DNA from: an uncultured delta proteobacterium
GTDB taxonomy: Bacteria > Desulfobacterota > Binatia > UBA9968
Reading direction: 5' to 3'
Assembly (NCBI GenBank): GCA_963727625.1
Contig: CAVSHR010000004.1
Span: forward strand, 1,312,001-1,376,000
Length of the DNA stretch: 64,000 nt
The notes beneath the pieces were generated by a model. It made no database searches. It worked only from the letters and a program-made list of their open reading frames with translations, and was not told where the DNA came from. How positions within the stretch are numbered: position 1 is the stretch's first letter; every line of letters begins with the position of its first letter. A program made the position numbers and the translations under genes. Positions 10,172 to 21,286 of this stretch are shown piece by piece.

Positions 10172-10274
10172 ATGCTGCTGTCCGCTCCGTCGGTATGATC
10201 CCTCGGCTATCGCTGGCCGCGCAATTTGAATCTTTAAACCTGACTTGCCATCATGATTTAGGAGCTCGCCCAAA

Positions 10275-10940
10275 GTGAGCGAAAAACTTTCCGCGGTAGA
10301 GATCGCCAAAACCTCCGCAATCACTCTCGGCCATTATAATCAGCACGCCGAGAGTTTCTGGGCCGGCACCCGCAACCACGATGTCGGCCAAAACCGCGAA
10401 GCGCTGCTGCAAAACCTGCGTGGCGCCGGGCCGTTTCGCATCCTCGACTTCGGCTGCGGTCCCGGCCGCGACCTGAAAATCTTTCGCGATTTCGGCCACG
10501 AGGCGATCGGCCTCGAAGGGGCCCAACGCTTTGTCGAATTGGCGCGCAGCTACAGCGGCTGCGAGGTTTGGCAGCAAGATTTTCTAAAGCTTGACCTGCC
10601 CGCGGAATATTTTGACGGCATCTTCGCCAACGCTTCGCTTTTCCACGTGCCAAGCCAGGAATTGCCGCGAGTGCTGAGAGAACTTTGGGCGACCCTGAAA
10701 CCGGACGGTGTTCTGTTCAGCTCCAATCCACGCGGCGAAAACCAAGACGGTTGGGACGGCGAGCGCTACGGCTGCTACCATAATTGGGACAGCTGGCGGC
10801 AGCTGGTCATCGCCGCGGGCTTTGCCGAGATCCGCCACTACTATCGACCATCCGGCTTGCCGCGCGAGCAGCAGCCGTGGCTCGCGTCTGTCTGGAGAAA
10901 GCCTTATGAGAAGAACGATCTCTCATTGCATTTGAGATGA
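10275..10940 (+). CDS. Class I SAM-dependent methyltransferase
   Basis: ILDFGCGPGRD, FDGIFANASLFH. Confidence 0.9.
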   Translation: MSEKLSAVEIAKTSAITLGHYNQHAESFWAGTRNHDVGQNREALLQNLRGAGPFRILDFGCGPGRDLKIFRDFGHEAIGLEGAQRFVELARSYSGCEVWQQDFLKLDLPAEYFDGIFANASLFHVPSQELPRVLRELWATLKPDGVLFSSNPRGENQDGWDGERYGCYHNWDSWRQLVIAAGFAEIRHYYRPSGLPREQQPWLASVWRKPYEKNDLSLHLR

Positions 10941-11100
10941 CAACTAACGATTGGCGATTCGAGATAATCGGGAAACTTTGATTCCACGACTCGTGCCTCA
11001 CCTCTTCCGTCTCGCACCTCGCGGCAATTGACAGGCGCGCTCACAATCGATTAAGGTGCGATTGAATTTCTCTCAAAACCAGCCCAAGGAGGAACGACCT

Positions 11101-12154
11101 ATGGCCATAGCCAGCGATCTCATCATTTCATCGGATTCCCATGTTATGGAACCGGTGGATCTTTGGAAAAAGGGCGTGCCGGAAAACCTTCGCGACACGG
11201 CGCCGCTGTTTCCGCCCCATCAGGTCGGCGAGGGGTTTCAACAACACGCCGGCGGCTGGGATCCTCACGCCAGAATAAAGGAAATGGAAAAAGACGGATT
11301 GAGCGCCGAAGTGCTCTATCCGACCTTGTTGCTCGATCTGTTCGCGCTAGACGACCCGGCCCTTCAGGAAGCCTGTTTCCGGGTTTACAACGATTGGCTC
11401 ATCGAGTACTGCAGCGTCGACACGCGACCGCTTGATCGGCATTCCGGCCGTCCCCGTGTATAATATCGACACCGGCATCAAGGAGCTCGAGCGTTGCCGC
11501 AAGGCCGGGCTGAAAGGCGCGATTATCTGGCAAGCGCCGCATCCGGATCTCCCCTTTCACTCCAGCCACTACGACAAGCTTTGGGCCGCCTGCCAGGATC
11601 TGGAAGCTCCGGTGAGCCTGCATATCCTGACGGGTCACAGCTACAACAAAGACAAGAACCGCAAGGGCGTCGAGCGCTACCGCGGCAGCGTCAATTTGAA
11701 GCTGATGGACATCGCCAACGGTCTCTTCGAGCTGGTATTTTACGGCGTGCTGGAAAGAAATCCCAAGCTCAAGATCGTCTCGGTGGAGAACGAGAGCGGC
11801 TGGATGCCTTGGATGTTTCAGCAGTGGGATTATTATTACAATCGTTTCAAGAAGCAGAACCCGCCGCCGTTCACGAAGAACCCGAGCAGCTTTGTCAAAG
11901 AACAGATCTATGCCTGCTTCTTCAACGATCATGTCTGCGGCGAAAATCTAAAATTTTGGGGCGAAGACAACATTATGTGGTCGAACGATTTCCCCCATCC
12001 TAACTCCACCTGGCCCAACTCGCTGAAAATCATTGAACGGGATCTCGGCCACCTGCCGGCGGAAATCCAGCGCAAAGTGGTCTGCGACAATGTTTGCCGG
12101 CTTTACGATATCGATGCCGCCAAGCTCCCCCGGGTGGAAAAGCAGGCGGCATAA
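11101..12154 (+). pseudogene. Amidohydrolase family protein, single frameshift near 11425-11432
   Basis: ISSDSHVMEP start in one frame, continuing as LIGIPAV...SLHILTG...WSNDFPHPNSTWP in another. Could be a sequencing error. Confidence 0.8.
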
Positions 12155-12190
12155 ACCACGGAGATCATTCGCAACCAGAGGAAAGCCTTT

Positions 12191-12637
12191 TTGAAAAGCA
12201 TCAAGAAAATCCTTTACGCGACCGACTATTCGAAAGCATCGGCGCGCGCCTTTGACGAAGCCGTCAAGCTCGCCAAGCAAAACCGCGCCGAGCTCTTGGT
12301 CGTCCATGTCGTCGAGCCGACGCCCTATGTGGCCGGTGAAGAGTTCGGCAGCGCCCAGATTTACGCCAAACTTGAAGACGCCGCGAAGCGCGCGGCTCAA
12401 TCGTCAATGGCGAAGCTGATGCAACGGTTAAAAAAGCTCAGAGTCAAAGCGCAGAGTCTCTTGCTCAGAGGCTCTGCCCGCGAGCAAATCGTCAAAGCGG
12501 CCAAGAGCAAGAAAGCCGACCTCATCGTCATCGGCACCCACGGTCGCACCGGTCTATCGAAATTGTTCATGGGCAGCGTCGCCGGCAGCGTGGTCTCGAC
12601 GGCGGCCTGTCCGGTAATGACCGTGCGCGGAAAATAA
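12191..12637 (+). CDS. Universal stress protein
   Basis: ILYATDYS, ADLIVIGTHGRTGL, GSVA...CPVMTV. Confidence 0.9.
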   Translation: MKSIKKILYATDYSKASARAFDEAVKLAKQNRAELLVVHVVEPTPYVAGEEFGSAQIYAKLEDAAKRAAQSSMAKLMQRLKKLRVKAQSLLLRGSAREQIVKAAKSKKADLIVIGTHGRTGLSKLFMGSVAGSVVSTAACPVMTVRGK

Positions 12638-12645
12638 TTGGCATC

Positions 12646-13212
12646 ATGACGAATTCGTACTCGCTCAACGACTTTGTTAGCGATCTCGATCGCATCACTC
12701 GGGACGAAAAGTCCCAGGAGAAAATCGTTGCCGCAGCCAAGCCGCTGCTCGCCAAGCTGGTTAGCCAGCGCGATTGCCTCGCGCCGCAGTACCGCAAGCG
12801 CGGCTCCACCGCCTACGGCCGCTACATGTTGCACCGCGCGCCGTTGTTCAATATTTCCGCGGTGGTGTGGGGACCGGGGGACAACGCCAAGGCGCACAAT
12901 CATGACACCTGGGGCATGGTCGGTGTGATCGAGAACGAAATTCAGGAAACCCGCTTCGTGCGCAAAGACGACGGCGCCGATCCCGAGAAGGCCGAGATCG
13001 AAGCGACCAAGCTCCTGGTCAATAAAGCGGGAATGGTCTCTTGCCTGATCGCGCCCAACGACGACATTCACGAGATGAACAACGTCACCGATCGGGATAC
13101 CGTGGAGATCCACGTTTACGGCAAGGACCTCACCGACATGCCGCGTCTGCGCTTCGACGTCGCCAGCGGCACGGTTAAAACCTTCGCCAGCCCGAAGTAC
13201 GACAATTGCTGA
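12646..13212 (+). CDS. Cysteine/thiol dioxygenase family cupin
   Basis: VVWGPG...HNHDTWG, DIHEM, EIHVYG. Confidence 0.85.
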   Translation: MTNSYSLNDFVSDLDRITRDEKSQEKIVAAAKPLLAKLVSQRDCLAPQYRKRGSTAYGRYMLHRAPLFNISAVVWGPGDNAKAHNHDTWGMVGVIENEIQETRFVRKDDGADPEKAEIEATKLLVNKAGMVSCLIAPNDDIHEMNNVTDRDTVEIHVYGKDLTDMPRLRFDVASGTVKTFASPKYDNC

Positions 13213-13222
13213 GGCGCTTCGG

Positions 13223-14789
13223 CTAGCGCTCCAGCTTCACTTCCCAATCCAGATAACGCTGCATATCTTCTTTGTTGCCCCGGATCGAAGGCGACACCAC
13301 GACGTCGTTGGTCGGCGTCAAGCACGCGACTAAGCCTTGCTCGATTGGCAGTCCCGCCGCCGACCATGCGCGCACACCGCCGTCGAGTACGGCGATGTCC
13401 CTATACCCCATCTCGCTCAAGGTGCGCGCGGCCAGCAATCGACTGCCGGCCGTCGGTACAGCTGACGACGATCGCCTGATTGCGATCGGTGAACAGCTCG
13501 GGCATCCGCGGTTCGAGCCAGCCGCGCGACATCCATTGCGCGCCCGGCAAATGCGCCTCCGCGAACTCGAGACTCGTGCCCAGATCAAGAATCGAGATCG
13601 ATGATTCCCGCAGCTTGCGGTCGAGCGCGTGCGCCTCGATTGAGTGTGTCTGCGCTTTGCTCGCCGCCAGGCCCAAAGGCTCGTTGCCCCCAACCCCGGT
13701 CTCGACGGTACCTCCCTGCCGCGACCACGCCTCCAAGCCGCCCTCCAGGACAAAGATTTTTGGGAAACCCATCTGACGGTACCAGTAAGCCGCCATCACC
13801 GCGCGCGCCGATTGATCGCTGATGAAAATGATCGGCGCGTTGCGCACCGCAACGAAATCGTCGGCACGCTGCACCGCCTGGCCCCCGGGGACGCTGTGCG
13901 ATCCGGGCAAGTGGCCTGACTCGAATTCGCTCTCGGAGCGAACATCCATGAGATAATGCATGGCGCCTTTCACTCCCATCCAGCGGGCTAATTCCGCGGG
14001 CGAGATCCACGAAAGTTTTTCCTCCTCAGCGATTCGCCGCGCCAAAGCCGCAGCGTTGTCTTTGCCTCCTTGCGGCGCCGCCAGCCCGCTCCGTTGCGGC
14101 CGGGTTTCCAGCTCCAAGCCGGCAAGCACCCAACCCATCGTGCCGTTTCGAAGCGCCCGGACATTGGTCAAACCCAAGCGCCTCAGTGCCGCCGTGCCGA
14201 TAATACTCCGCGTGCGGCCGGCGCAATTGACAACGATCGGCCCGTTATTTTTTCGCTTCAGCTCTTCCGCCCAGAGAATTAGATCTCCACCGGGAACGTT
14301 GATGCCGCCTGGAATGCAGAATCGTCCGTACTCTTCGGGAGTGCGCACATCTAGAATCATCAGGTCTGCGAAGCGGGTTTTTAAATCCTTGAGCTCCTGA
14401 GAGGTCAAGTCCGGCACGTCGCGATCGTGATGTACTTTTTCGCCGAAGGCCTTGCTCGGCACGTTTACACCGCTGACCGTGGGCCGGCCTTCCTTTTGCC
14501 ACGCGCGCAGACCATCCTGAAGAATCGCAACCTGCTCGTAGCCGAACCGCAGCAGCGTGGCCGCCGCTAGAGGCGCGCGCACATCGCCCTCGCCGTAGAG
14601 GACTATTGGCACTTTGCGGTCGGGCACCAGCTCGGCGATACGAAACTCGATTTGGCTGCGCGGCAAGGAGGTCGCGCCGGGAATTTGGCATTCGTTGAAT
14701 TCGCCCCGCTCGCGCACGTCGAAGACTGCATACAGCTGGTCCGACGCCATCCGAGCGTCGAGATCCTGACAAGAAACAATCGCGTTCAT
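13223..14789 (-). pseudogene. Multi-domain rhodanese (sulfurtransferase), frameshift near 13430
   Basis: Four rhodanese repeats (DVRE..EF, DVRTPEEY, VNCAGRTRSIIG, DVRSESEF). The C-terminus continues in another frame (LAARTLSEMGYRDIAVLDGG...MQRYLDWE). Confidence 0.8.
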
Positions 14790-15043
14790 CAATCTTTGCA
14801 CTCCGGTTAGATCTGCTTACTCTGCGATAGCGGCCCGGTTAGGTCAAGAAGGCGCCGCAATGTTGATCGTTGGCACGGTGAAAAAGATCCCCACAGCGCT
14901 GAATGGATTCGCGTTCAACACGGCCGCTCCGCGCTCGTCTTGACCTCTTGTCCCGATCTGTTCTACTTATGCCAGCGGCAAATTGAAAGGCGATCACTTA
15001 TCATTAAGAGCATTGCCGAGCGATTAAACGCACGGAGGACATT

Positions 15044-16024
15044 ATGACAACGATTCACGAACGGTTTAGCGGACTTTTCATTCCTCATGTCACCCCTTTT
15101 GACGATTCCGGTGAGCTTGACCTGCCTAGTCTGATGCGCCTGACCAAATACTTTTCTTCGCTCCCGGGCGTGGCCGGCCTGGTCTCCTGTGCGCGAATCG
15201 GCGAAAGTCCGGTGCTGAGTATCGATGAAAAGCGCCAAGTTTATGAAGTTTCCGGCAAAGCCGCGCGCGACGGCGGCAAGGTGCATATTGCTACGATCGC
15301 GCCGCAATCGACCGACGAAGCGGTGCGCCTCATGCGCGATCTTGAAAATCTGCCGGTGGACGGCGTGATGATTTTCCCGCCCTTGCTGTTTGCATGGGGC
15401 AAAGTCGATCCCAATCTCAAGGTGCGATTTTTCGAAGACTTGGCCCGGGAAACCAAACTTCCAGTCGTGCTTTTTCAAGTACCGGTGAAAAGTTACTACT
15501 ATGACCCTGCGACGATTTGCCGCATTGCGCGCCTTGAAAACGTCGTCGCCTTCAAAGAGGCTTCCTTCGACATCGATCTGTTCACTCAGACCGTCAAAGC
15601 GCTCAAGCGCGACCAAGCCGCCATGCGCGTGCTCACCGGCAACGATCGCTTTGTCGCCGAGAGCTACCAGATCGGCGCTAACGGCGCGCTCATCGGCGTT
15701 GCCAATGTCGCCACAGAAAAATGGGGCGCCATGGATTTCTCCGGACGCGCGGGAAGGTTCGAAGAAGCGGTGGCGATCCAGCGCGAGCTGGAATCAGTGA
15801 AAGAACTCGTTTTCAGCGAACCCATCGTCGAAGCGGTGGCGCGCATCAAAGTGGTCTTGCAGCATGACGGCTTGATCAAAACCGCCAAGGTGCGCCGCCC
15901 CCAGCTGGGAATATCGGAAGCCGAGCAAAAGCAGCTCCTCGACAGCTACACTGTTTTGAAGCGAAATGAATTTCGCGGCGGGGAAGAGCCCAAAGGCTCA
16001 GCGCACCATCAAGCGGTGGGCTGA
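15044..16024 (+). CDS. Dihydrodipicolinate synthase family aldolase
   Basis: VTPFDDSGELD, GES, VAFKEASF Schiff-base Lys, LTGND. Confidence 0.85.
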   Translation: MTTIHERFSGLFIPHVTPFDDSGELDLPSLMRLTKYFSSLPGVAGLVSCARIGESPVLSIDEKRQVYEVSGKAARDGGKVHIATIAPQSTDEAVRLMRDLENLPVDGVMIFPPLLFAWGKVDPNLKVRFFEDLARETKLPVVLFQVPVKSYYYDPATICRIARLENVVAFKEASFDIDLFTQTVKALKRDQAAMRVLTGNDRFVAESYQIGANGALIGVANVATEKWGAMDFSGRAGRFEEAVAIQRELESVKELVFSEPIVEAVARIKVVLQHDGLIKTAKVRRPQLGISEAEQKQLLDSYTVLKRNEFRGGEEPKGSAHHQAVG

Positions 16025-16114
16025 GTCGCCAATAAATCGCCGCGCAGGGCACGGGCAATCCGAAGGCAACGGTGCTTTTTCCCTCGTGGTCTTCGCGGTA
16101 GAGTTTTTCTCATG

Positions 16115-17392
16115 TCAACTTACATCCTCCGGCATCCATCCGGGAATCACCAAAGCACACAACGTCACGGTCACCCCCAGTAGAATCATCGCGCTCAGCG
16201 CCAAAGACCAGTGCACGCCGATCACGCCGCCGACCACGCCGACGGTCACGCCGCTAAAGGCTCGCAGACCGTTGTTTGACGTGTTGAATAACCCGATCAA
16301 CCGGCCGCGCAGTTGTGCCGGCGCTTGCAGTTGCACAAGCGTCTGAGCCATCGAGAGAAACGCGAGATTCAAAAGCCCTGCGCAGAAAAGCAAACCCACC
16401 GACAGGGAGTAGCTATGCGACGCGGCGAAGCCGATGATCGCCAGGCACCAAAGGATCGAGCAGATTGCGGCGTTGCGCGCGTTCGCCTTGAGTAAACCTC
16501 TGCCTTCGAGCAAGATACCGCCGACAACCGCACCTGCGGCGCTGGCCGCGAGCAGCACGCTGTAAGCCAGGTCTTGCTTGTCATGGCCGTACTCGTGGGC
16601 GAACTCCGGCATCTGCGCTTGGAAGGCGTTGCCGACCAGCAGTGACGTTGCGCCGCCGAGCAGGATCATCGAGAGAATCGTCGGGTTCGCTGAGGTCTCG
16701 CGCAAGAGCTGGATGGTACTGGCGAGGCTAAATCGCGCCGTCCTGCCGCTGGCGCCGCTCTCGCGCCCGTGGCCGCTGTAGGGCAGCATGGACATAAAAA
16801 AAACCATCGGCAAAAACATCAGCACATTGATGAAGAGCCCCGTCGGCGGGCCGAACAGCAGCATGGTTGCGCCGCCGATTGCCGGGCCAAGTAAAACCCC
16901 CAACTGGCGCCCGGTGGAGTTGAGCCGCACCGCACTCTGCAGATACTCACGGCCGACGATGTCGTGGATGATCAGCTGGCTCGCCGGACTGCCTAATACG
17001 CCGGCCATGCCGTGAATCACCAGCAGCACACAGGCATGCCAGATCTGAATTGTGCCGGTCAGAAATAAGATCGCCCAGGTCAAGGAGACCGCCGCGTACA
17101 TACACTGCGCGGTTTGAATCACGCGCCGGCAATCGTGGCGATCGGCCAGCGCACCGAAATAAACCGCGAAGAACAAAAACGGCGTCCAGTGACTAATCAC
17201 GGCGAAGCCGGCCAGCACCGGCGAATGAAATTTTTGATAGAGCATCCAGTAGCTGATCACATGCTCGATGTTGTCGCCCATGGTCGAAAACAAGTTAACC
17301 AGAAAATAGCGGCGATAGTCGCGGTGGTGCAGCGCCGCGAATGCGACTCTGCGCTCGGGCGCTGCCTTCGTAGGAGAGGAATTAACAGCCAT
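16115..17392 (-). CDS. MFS transporter (paralogue 1 of 3)
   Basis: Multiple TM segments; DNIEHVISYW, GALADRHDCR, LRGRLIGLF. Confidence 0.9.
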   Translation of the reverse strand: MAVNSSPTKAAPERRVAFAALHHRDYRRYFLVNLFSTMGDNIEHVISYWMLYQKFHSPVLAGFAVISHWTPFLFFAVYFGALADRHDCRRVIQTAQCMYAAVSLTWAILFLTGTIQIWHACVLLVIHGMAGVLGSPASQLIIHDIVGREYLQSAVRLNSTGRQLGVLLGPAIGGATMLLFGPPTGLFINVLMFLPMVFFMSMLPYSGHGRESGASGRTARFSLASTIQLLRETSANPTILSMILLGGATSLLVGNAFQAQMPEFAHEYGHDKQDLAYSVLLAASAAGAVVGGILLEGRGLLKANARNAAICSILWCLAIIGFAASHSYSLSVGLLFCAGLLNLAFLSMAQTLVQLQAPAQLRGRLIGLFNTSNNGLRAFSGVTVGVVGGVIGVHWSLALSAMILLGVTVTLCALVIPGWMPEDVS

Positions 17393-17530
17393 GACGCCAT
17401 TTAGGAAAGGATGAGGCAGAGAGAGGAAGGATGGCGCAAGAATCAAGAAACACCGAGAGGCCTGTTGATTTTGGTTTCATTTTTACCTTTTGCCTTTTTA
17501 CTTTTGCCCTTTTGCCCCCTCCTTGACCGT

Positions 17531-18784
17531 TTAGCTAAACTCTTCCCGCGGCCCGCCCGGACTGGCGAAAGCAAACAGAACCACCGTCACGGTCAACAAA
17601 GCCAGCGCGCTGCCCGCGAGCGACCAGTGGACGCCGATCAAACCGCCCAGCACCCCTACGGTCAAACCGCTGAAGGCTTTGAGTCCCATGCTGGACATGG
17701 CGAACAGACCGATCAACCGGCCGCGCAGTCGCGGCGGCGCGAGCAGTTGCACGATGGTCTGTCCCATGGACGAAAACGTCAGGTTCAAAATTCCGGCGCT
17801 AAAAAGCAGCGCCAACGAAAGATAATAATTCGTCGACAGCGCAAATCCTGTGATCGCCACGCACCAAAGAATCGCGCTGATCATGGCGGTTTGCACGCGC
17901 GGTGGCAGCCAACCGCGACCCTCGAGTAAAAATCCGCCGATCACAGCGCCGGCCGCGTTGGCGCCGAGCAGCGCGCTGTAGGCGAAGTTGGCCTTTTCCG
18001 TGCCGAGGTCGTGGGCAAATTCGGGCATGGTCGCTTGAAACGCGCTTCCGACGAAAAACGACACGCAGCCGGCCAGCACGACCATCGTGATAATCGGCCG
18101 GTTGCCGGAAACTTCGCGGACAACTTCAAAGGCGTCGCGCCAACCAAGCGCGCGCCGCGCCGGCGCCGCCCCTTCGCGGCTATGGCCGGTATAGGGCACG
18201 GTCAACAACCAGATCGTCAACGGCAAATAAATCAGCGTGTTGACTACCAGACCCGCCGCGGGGCTCAACAAAAGCATCAGACCGCCGCCCACCGCGGGAC
18301 CAAAAAGAATTCCCAGTTGCCGGCTGGTAGAATTGAGCCGCACCGCGCTCTGCAGCTGCTCGCCGCCGACGATGTCGTGAATCAGCAGCTGGCTCCCGGG
18401 TCCCCAGAGTACGCCGGCCATGCCGTGAATCACCAGTAGAACGCAGGCGTGCCAGACTTGGATGGAGTCGGTGAAAAACAAAAACGCCCACGTCGCCGAC
18501 ACGCCCATGTACATGATTTGCGCCACCTGGATGACTTTGCGGCAATCGAAGCGGTCCGCGAGCGCGCCGAAGTAGACGGCGAAAAGCAAGAACGGCGTCC
18601 AGTGGCTGAGCACGGCGAAGCCGGCCAAAACCGGCGAATGAAACTTTTCATAGAGAAGCCAATAACTGATCACATGCTCGATGTTATCCGCCATCATGGC
18701 GAGCATCGTCGCCGCAAAGTAAGCGCGAAAATCCTTATTGTGCAACGCCGCAAAGGCGATTTTCTTATCTGTAGCAGCGGCCAC
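17531..18784 (-). CDS. MFS transporter (paralogue 2 of 3)
   Basis: Same conserved blocks as its neighbours. Confidence 0.9.
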   Translation of the reverse strand: MAAATDKKIAFAALHNKDFRAYFAATMLAMMADNIEHVISYWLLYEKFHSPVLAGFAVLSHWTPFLLFAVYFGALADRFDCRKVIQVAQIMYMGVSATWAFLFFTDSIQVWHACVLLVIHGMAGVLWGPGSQLLIHDIVGGEQLQSAVRLNSTSRQLGILFGPAVGGGLMLLLSPAAGLVVNTLIYLPLTIWLLTVPYTGHSREGAAPARRALGWRDAFEVVREVSGNRPIITMVVLAGCVSFFVGSAFQATMPEFAHDLGTEKANFAYSALLGANAAGAVIGGFLLEGRGWLPPRVQTAMISAILWCVAITGFALSTNYYLSLALLFSAGILNLTFSSMGQTIVQLLAPPRLRGRLIGLFAMSSMGLKAFSGLTVGVLGGLIGVHWSLAGSALALLTVTVVLFAFASPGGPREEFS

Positions 18785-18946
18785 GGAAACTCCAAAACAA
18801 ATTGGATTGAGTTGGGACAGTAACGAATCTTAGAAAGCTACGCAAATTGCTGGAATGGAGAACAAGGGGAGCGGGGATATGGAACAACCCTCGGATCCAA
18901 GGCCGAGTAGTTCTGAATTCGTCGACTCACGGTCGACATCCCTTTC

Positions 18947-18971
18947 GTCATTCCGGCGGAAGCGGAATCCA
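18947..18971. repeat. REP-like palindrome
   Basis: GTCATTCCGGCGGAAGCGGAATCCA, an intergenic ATTCC...GGAAT palindrome. Confidence 0.45.
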
Positions 18972-19065
18972 TGTGTCTTAGGTAATCAGGAGGAGACGGA
19001 ATCTCGCTATATGGGTGAGCCAATCAGGGAATTGAAATGCGATACCGTTGAGGCGGGGCATACGC

Positions 19066-20349
19066 TCAACCCAGTTCTTCGCCGGGTTGCTCTTGCGACG
19101 CGAAAGCAAGCAGCATAACTGTCACCGCTAGCAAAACCATCGAGCTCAGCGCGAGCGACCAATGGATTCCGATCAGCCCACCGAGAACCCCTACCGTTAA
19201 ACCGCTGAAGGCGCGCAAGCCGTAGGCGGACATAGAAAATAGACCGATCAGGCGGCCGCGCAAGGCCACTGGCGCCTCCAATTGAACGATCGTCTGCGCG
19301 ATCGAGTAAAACGACAAATTCAACGCCCCCGCGGCAAATAAAATCGCGAGCGACAACGGGTAGCTGTTTGAAAAAGCAAAAGCGGTCATCGCCACGCACC
19401 AGAGAATCGCGCAGCCGATCGCCGCTTTGACCGTCGGCGGTAACCAGGCTTTGCCGTCGAGCACGAAGCCGCCGAACACCGAACCCGCCGCGTTGGCCGC
19501 GAGCAGCGCGCTATAGGCGAAATCGGTCTTGCCGGTACCGAGGTCATGGGCAAACTCCGGCATATTCGCTTGAAACGCATTGCCGACGAACAGCGATGCC
19601 GCTCCGCCGAGAACGACCATCATGATCACCGGACGGTTATGCGCAACTTCTCCAATCACGTCGAGGGCGTCGCGCCAACGCAGCGCTCGGCGCGGCGCCG
19701 CACCTTCGCGGGTATGGCCGGTATAGGGCACCACCACCAGCCAGATCGTCAGCGGCAAATAGATCAGCGCATTGACGAACAGCCCCGCCGGCGCGCCGAA
19801 CCACAGCATCAGTCCGCCGCCGACCGCCGGGCCGAACAGAATTCCCAACTGGCGGCTCGTGGCGTTGAGCCGCACGGCGCTCGGCAGATCGTCCGAGCCG
19901 GCGATGTCGTGAATGATCAACTGCTCGGCCGGCGCCCAAAACACCCCCGCGATACCGTGAATCACCAGCAGCACGCAGGCATGCCAAATTTCGAGGGTGT
20001 CGGTGAGAAACAATACGGCCCAGGCAAACGACACGCCCATATACATCACCTGAGCGATTTGAATGAGCTTGCGGCAATCGTAGCGGTCGGCCAATCCGCC
20101 GAAATAGACTGACAGCAATAAAAACGGCGTCCAGTGGCTGATCACCGCGAAGCCGGCCAGCACCGGCGAATGGAATTTTTGAAAAAGCATCCAGTAAGAG
20201 ATCACATGCTCGATATTGTCCGCCATCATGGCGAACATGGTGGTGAAGAAAAACCAGCGGAAGTCGTGGTGCTGAAGCGCCGCAAAAGCGACTTTTCGAC
20301 CAACGCCAGTTCCGCTGGGCGGAGTTGAGGATGGGCTGCGTGGTTCCAA
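19066..20349 (-). CDS. MFS transporter (paralogue 3 of 3)
   Basis: Same conserved blocks as its neighbours. Confidence 0.9.
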   Translation of the reverse strand: MEPRSPSSTPPSGTGVGRKVAFAALQHHDFRWFFFTTMFAMMADNIEHVISYWMLFQKFHSPVLAGFAVISHWTPFLLLSVYFGGLADRYDCRKLIQIAQVMYMGVSFAWAVLFLTDTLEIWHACVLLVIHGIAGVFWAPAEQLIIHDIAGSDDLPSAVRLNATSRQLGILFGPAVGGGLMLWFGAPAGLFVNALIYLPLTIWLVVVPYTGHTREGAAPRRALRWRDALDVIGEVAHNRPVIMMVVLGGAASLFVGNAFQANMPEFAHDLGTGKTDFAYSALLAANAAGSVFGGFVLDGKAWLPPTVKAAIGCAILWCVAMTAFAFSNSYPLSLAILFAAGALNLSFYSIAQTIVQLEAPVALRGRLIGLFSMSAYGLRAFSGLTVGVLGGLIGIHWSLALSSMVLLAVTVMLLAFASQEQPGEELG

Positions 20350-20578
20350 GGGACTAACCGGGATCTGACACGGATCGATTCAAAAGTAGCGAATATCGAA
20401 AAACGGTGCAAACCAAAGCGGCACGCAATGAGGAGGTGCTAAACGCGTGGGCTGACCCGAACCGAAGAGACGATCCAAGGTTTATCGTTCCTTGACAATC
20501 CCTTGGGCGACCGGATAGATGAAAGATTATCATCGGCTAATCACGCCGCGCCATTTTTAAATTGTAAGGAGAATTGTC

Positions 20579-21283
20579 ATGGCAGCAGACTTCGAAGACC
20601 ACTGTTGGAAAGATATCGTCACGCCGGAAATTCTTAAAACCTACACGCCCTATCACCGCGAAACTTATATCGGTCAAAGACCGGCGCTGTTGGCGATCGA
20701 TTTGTACAATCTTGCGTACCAAGGTGGTGCCAAACAGCCACACGAGCTAGTCGACACCTACAAAAGCTCCTGCGGCGTTTACGCTCACAACGCGATCAAG
20801 CCGACCGAAGAATTATTTGCCTTGGCGCGGTCACTGAAAATTCCGATCTTCTACACCACCACGGAAACCCGCAAGGAAGCCAAGCCGGACTCCATCTACG
20901 CCACCAACCGCCAGCGCGTAAAGATCGATCCCGAAGCCTTCGAGATCAAAGCAGAATTCCAACCGCAGCCTGGCGATGTGGTGATTTTCAAAGAACGCGC
21001 CAGCGGATTTTTCGGCACGCCGCTGGTCGCCCATCTGACCCAGTTGGGCATCGACAGCCTGATCGTCTGCGGCGAGAGCACCAGCGGCTGTGTGCGCGCC
21101 AGTTGCGTCGACGCCTATTCGCTCGGCTATCACGTGTCTATCGCCGAAGAGTGCGTTTTCGATCGCAGCCCGCTGTCGCATAAAGTGAATCTCTTCGACA
21201 TGCATCACAAGTATACCGACGTGATGAAGCTCGAAGAGGTCAAAGAAAAGATCAAACAAGAGCGGCCGCGCAAGCCGCATTAA
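20579..21283 (+). CDS. Isochorismatase/cysteine hydrolase (maleamate amidohydrolase-like)
   Basis: PALLAID, KERASGFFGT, GESTSGCVRAS. Confidence 0.85.
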   Translation: MAADFEDHCWKDIVTPEILKTYTPYHRETYIGQRPALLAIDLYNLAYQGGAKQPHELVDTYKSSCGVYAHNAIKPTEELFALARSLKIPIFYTTTETRKEAKPDSIYATNRQRVKIDPEAFEIKAEFQPQPGDVVIFKERASGFFGTPLVAHLTQLGIDSLIVCGESTSGCVRASCVDAYSLGYHVSIAEECVFDRSPLSHKVNLFDMHHKYTDVMKLEEVKEKIKQERPRKPH

Positions 21284-21286
21284 ACT

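Noticed and set aside
11420-11440. Programmed ribosomal frameshift in the amidohydrolase
   Set aside because: No slippery heptamer or homopolymer at the junction; a simple indel is more parsimonious.
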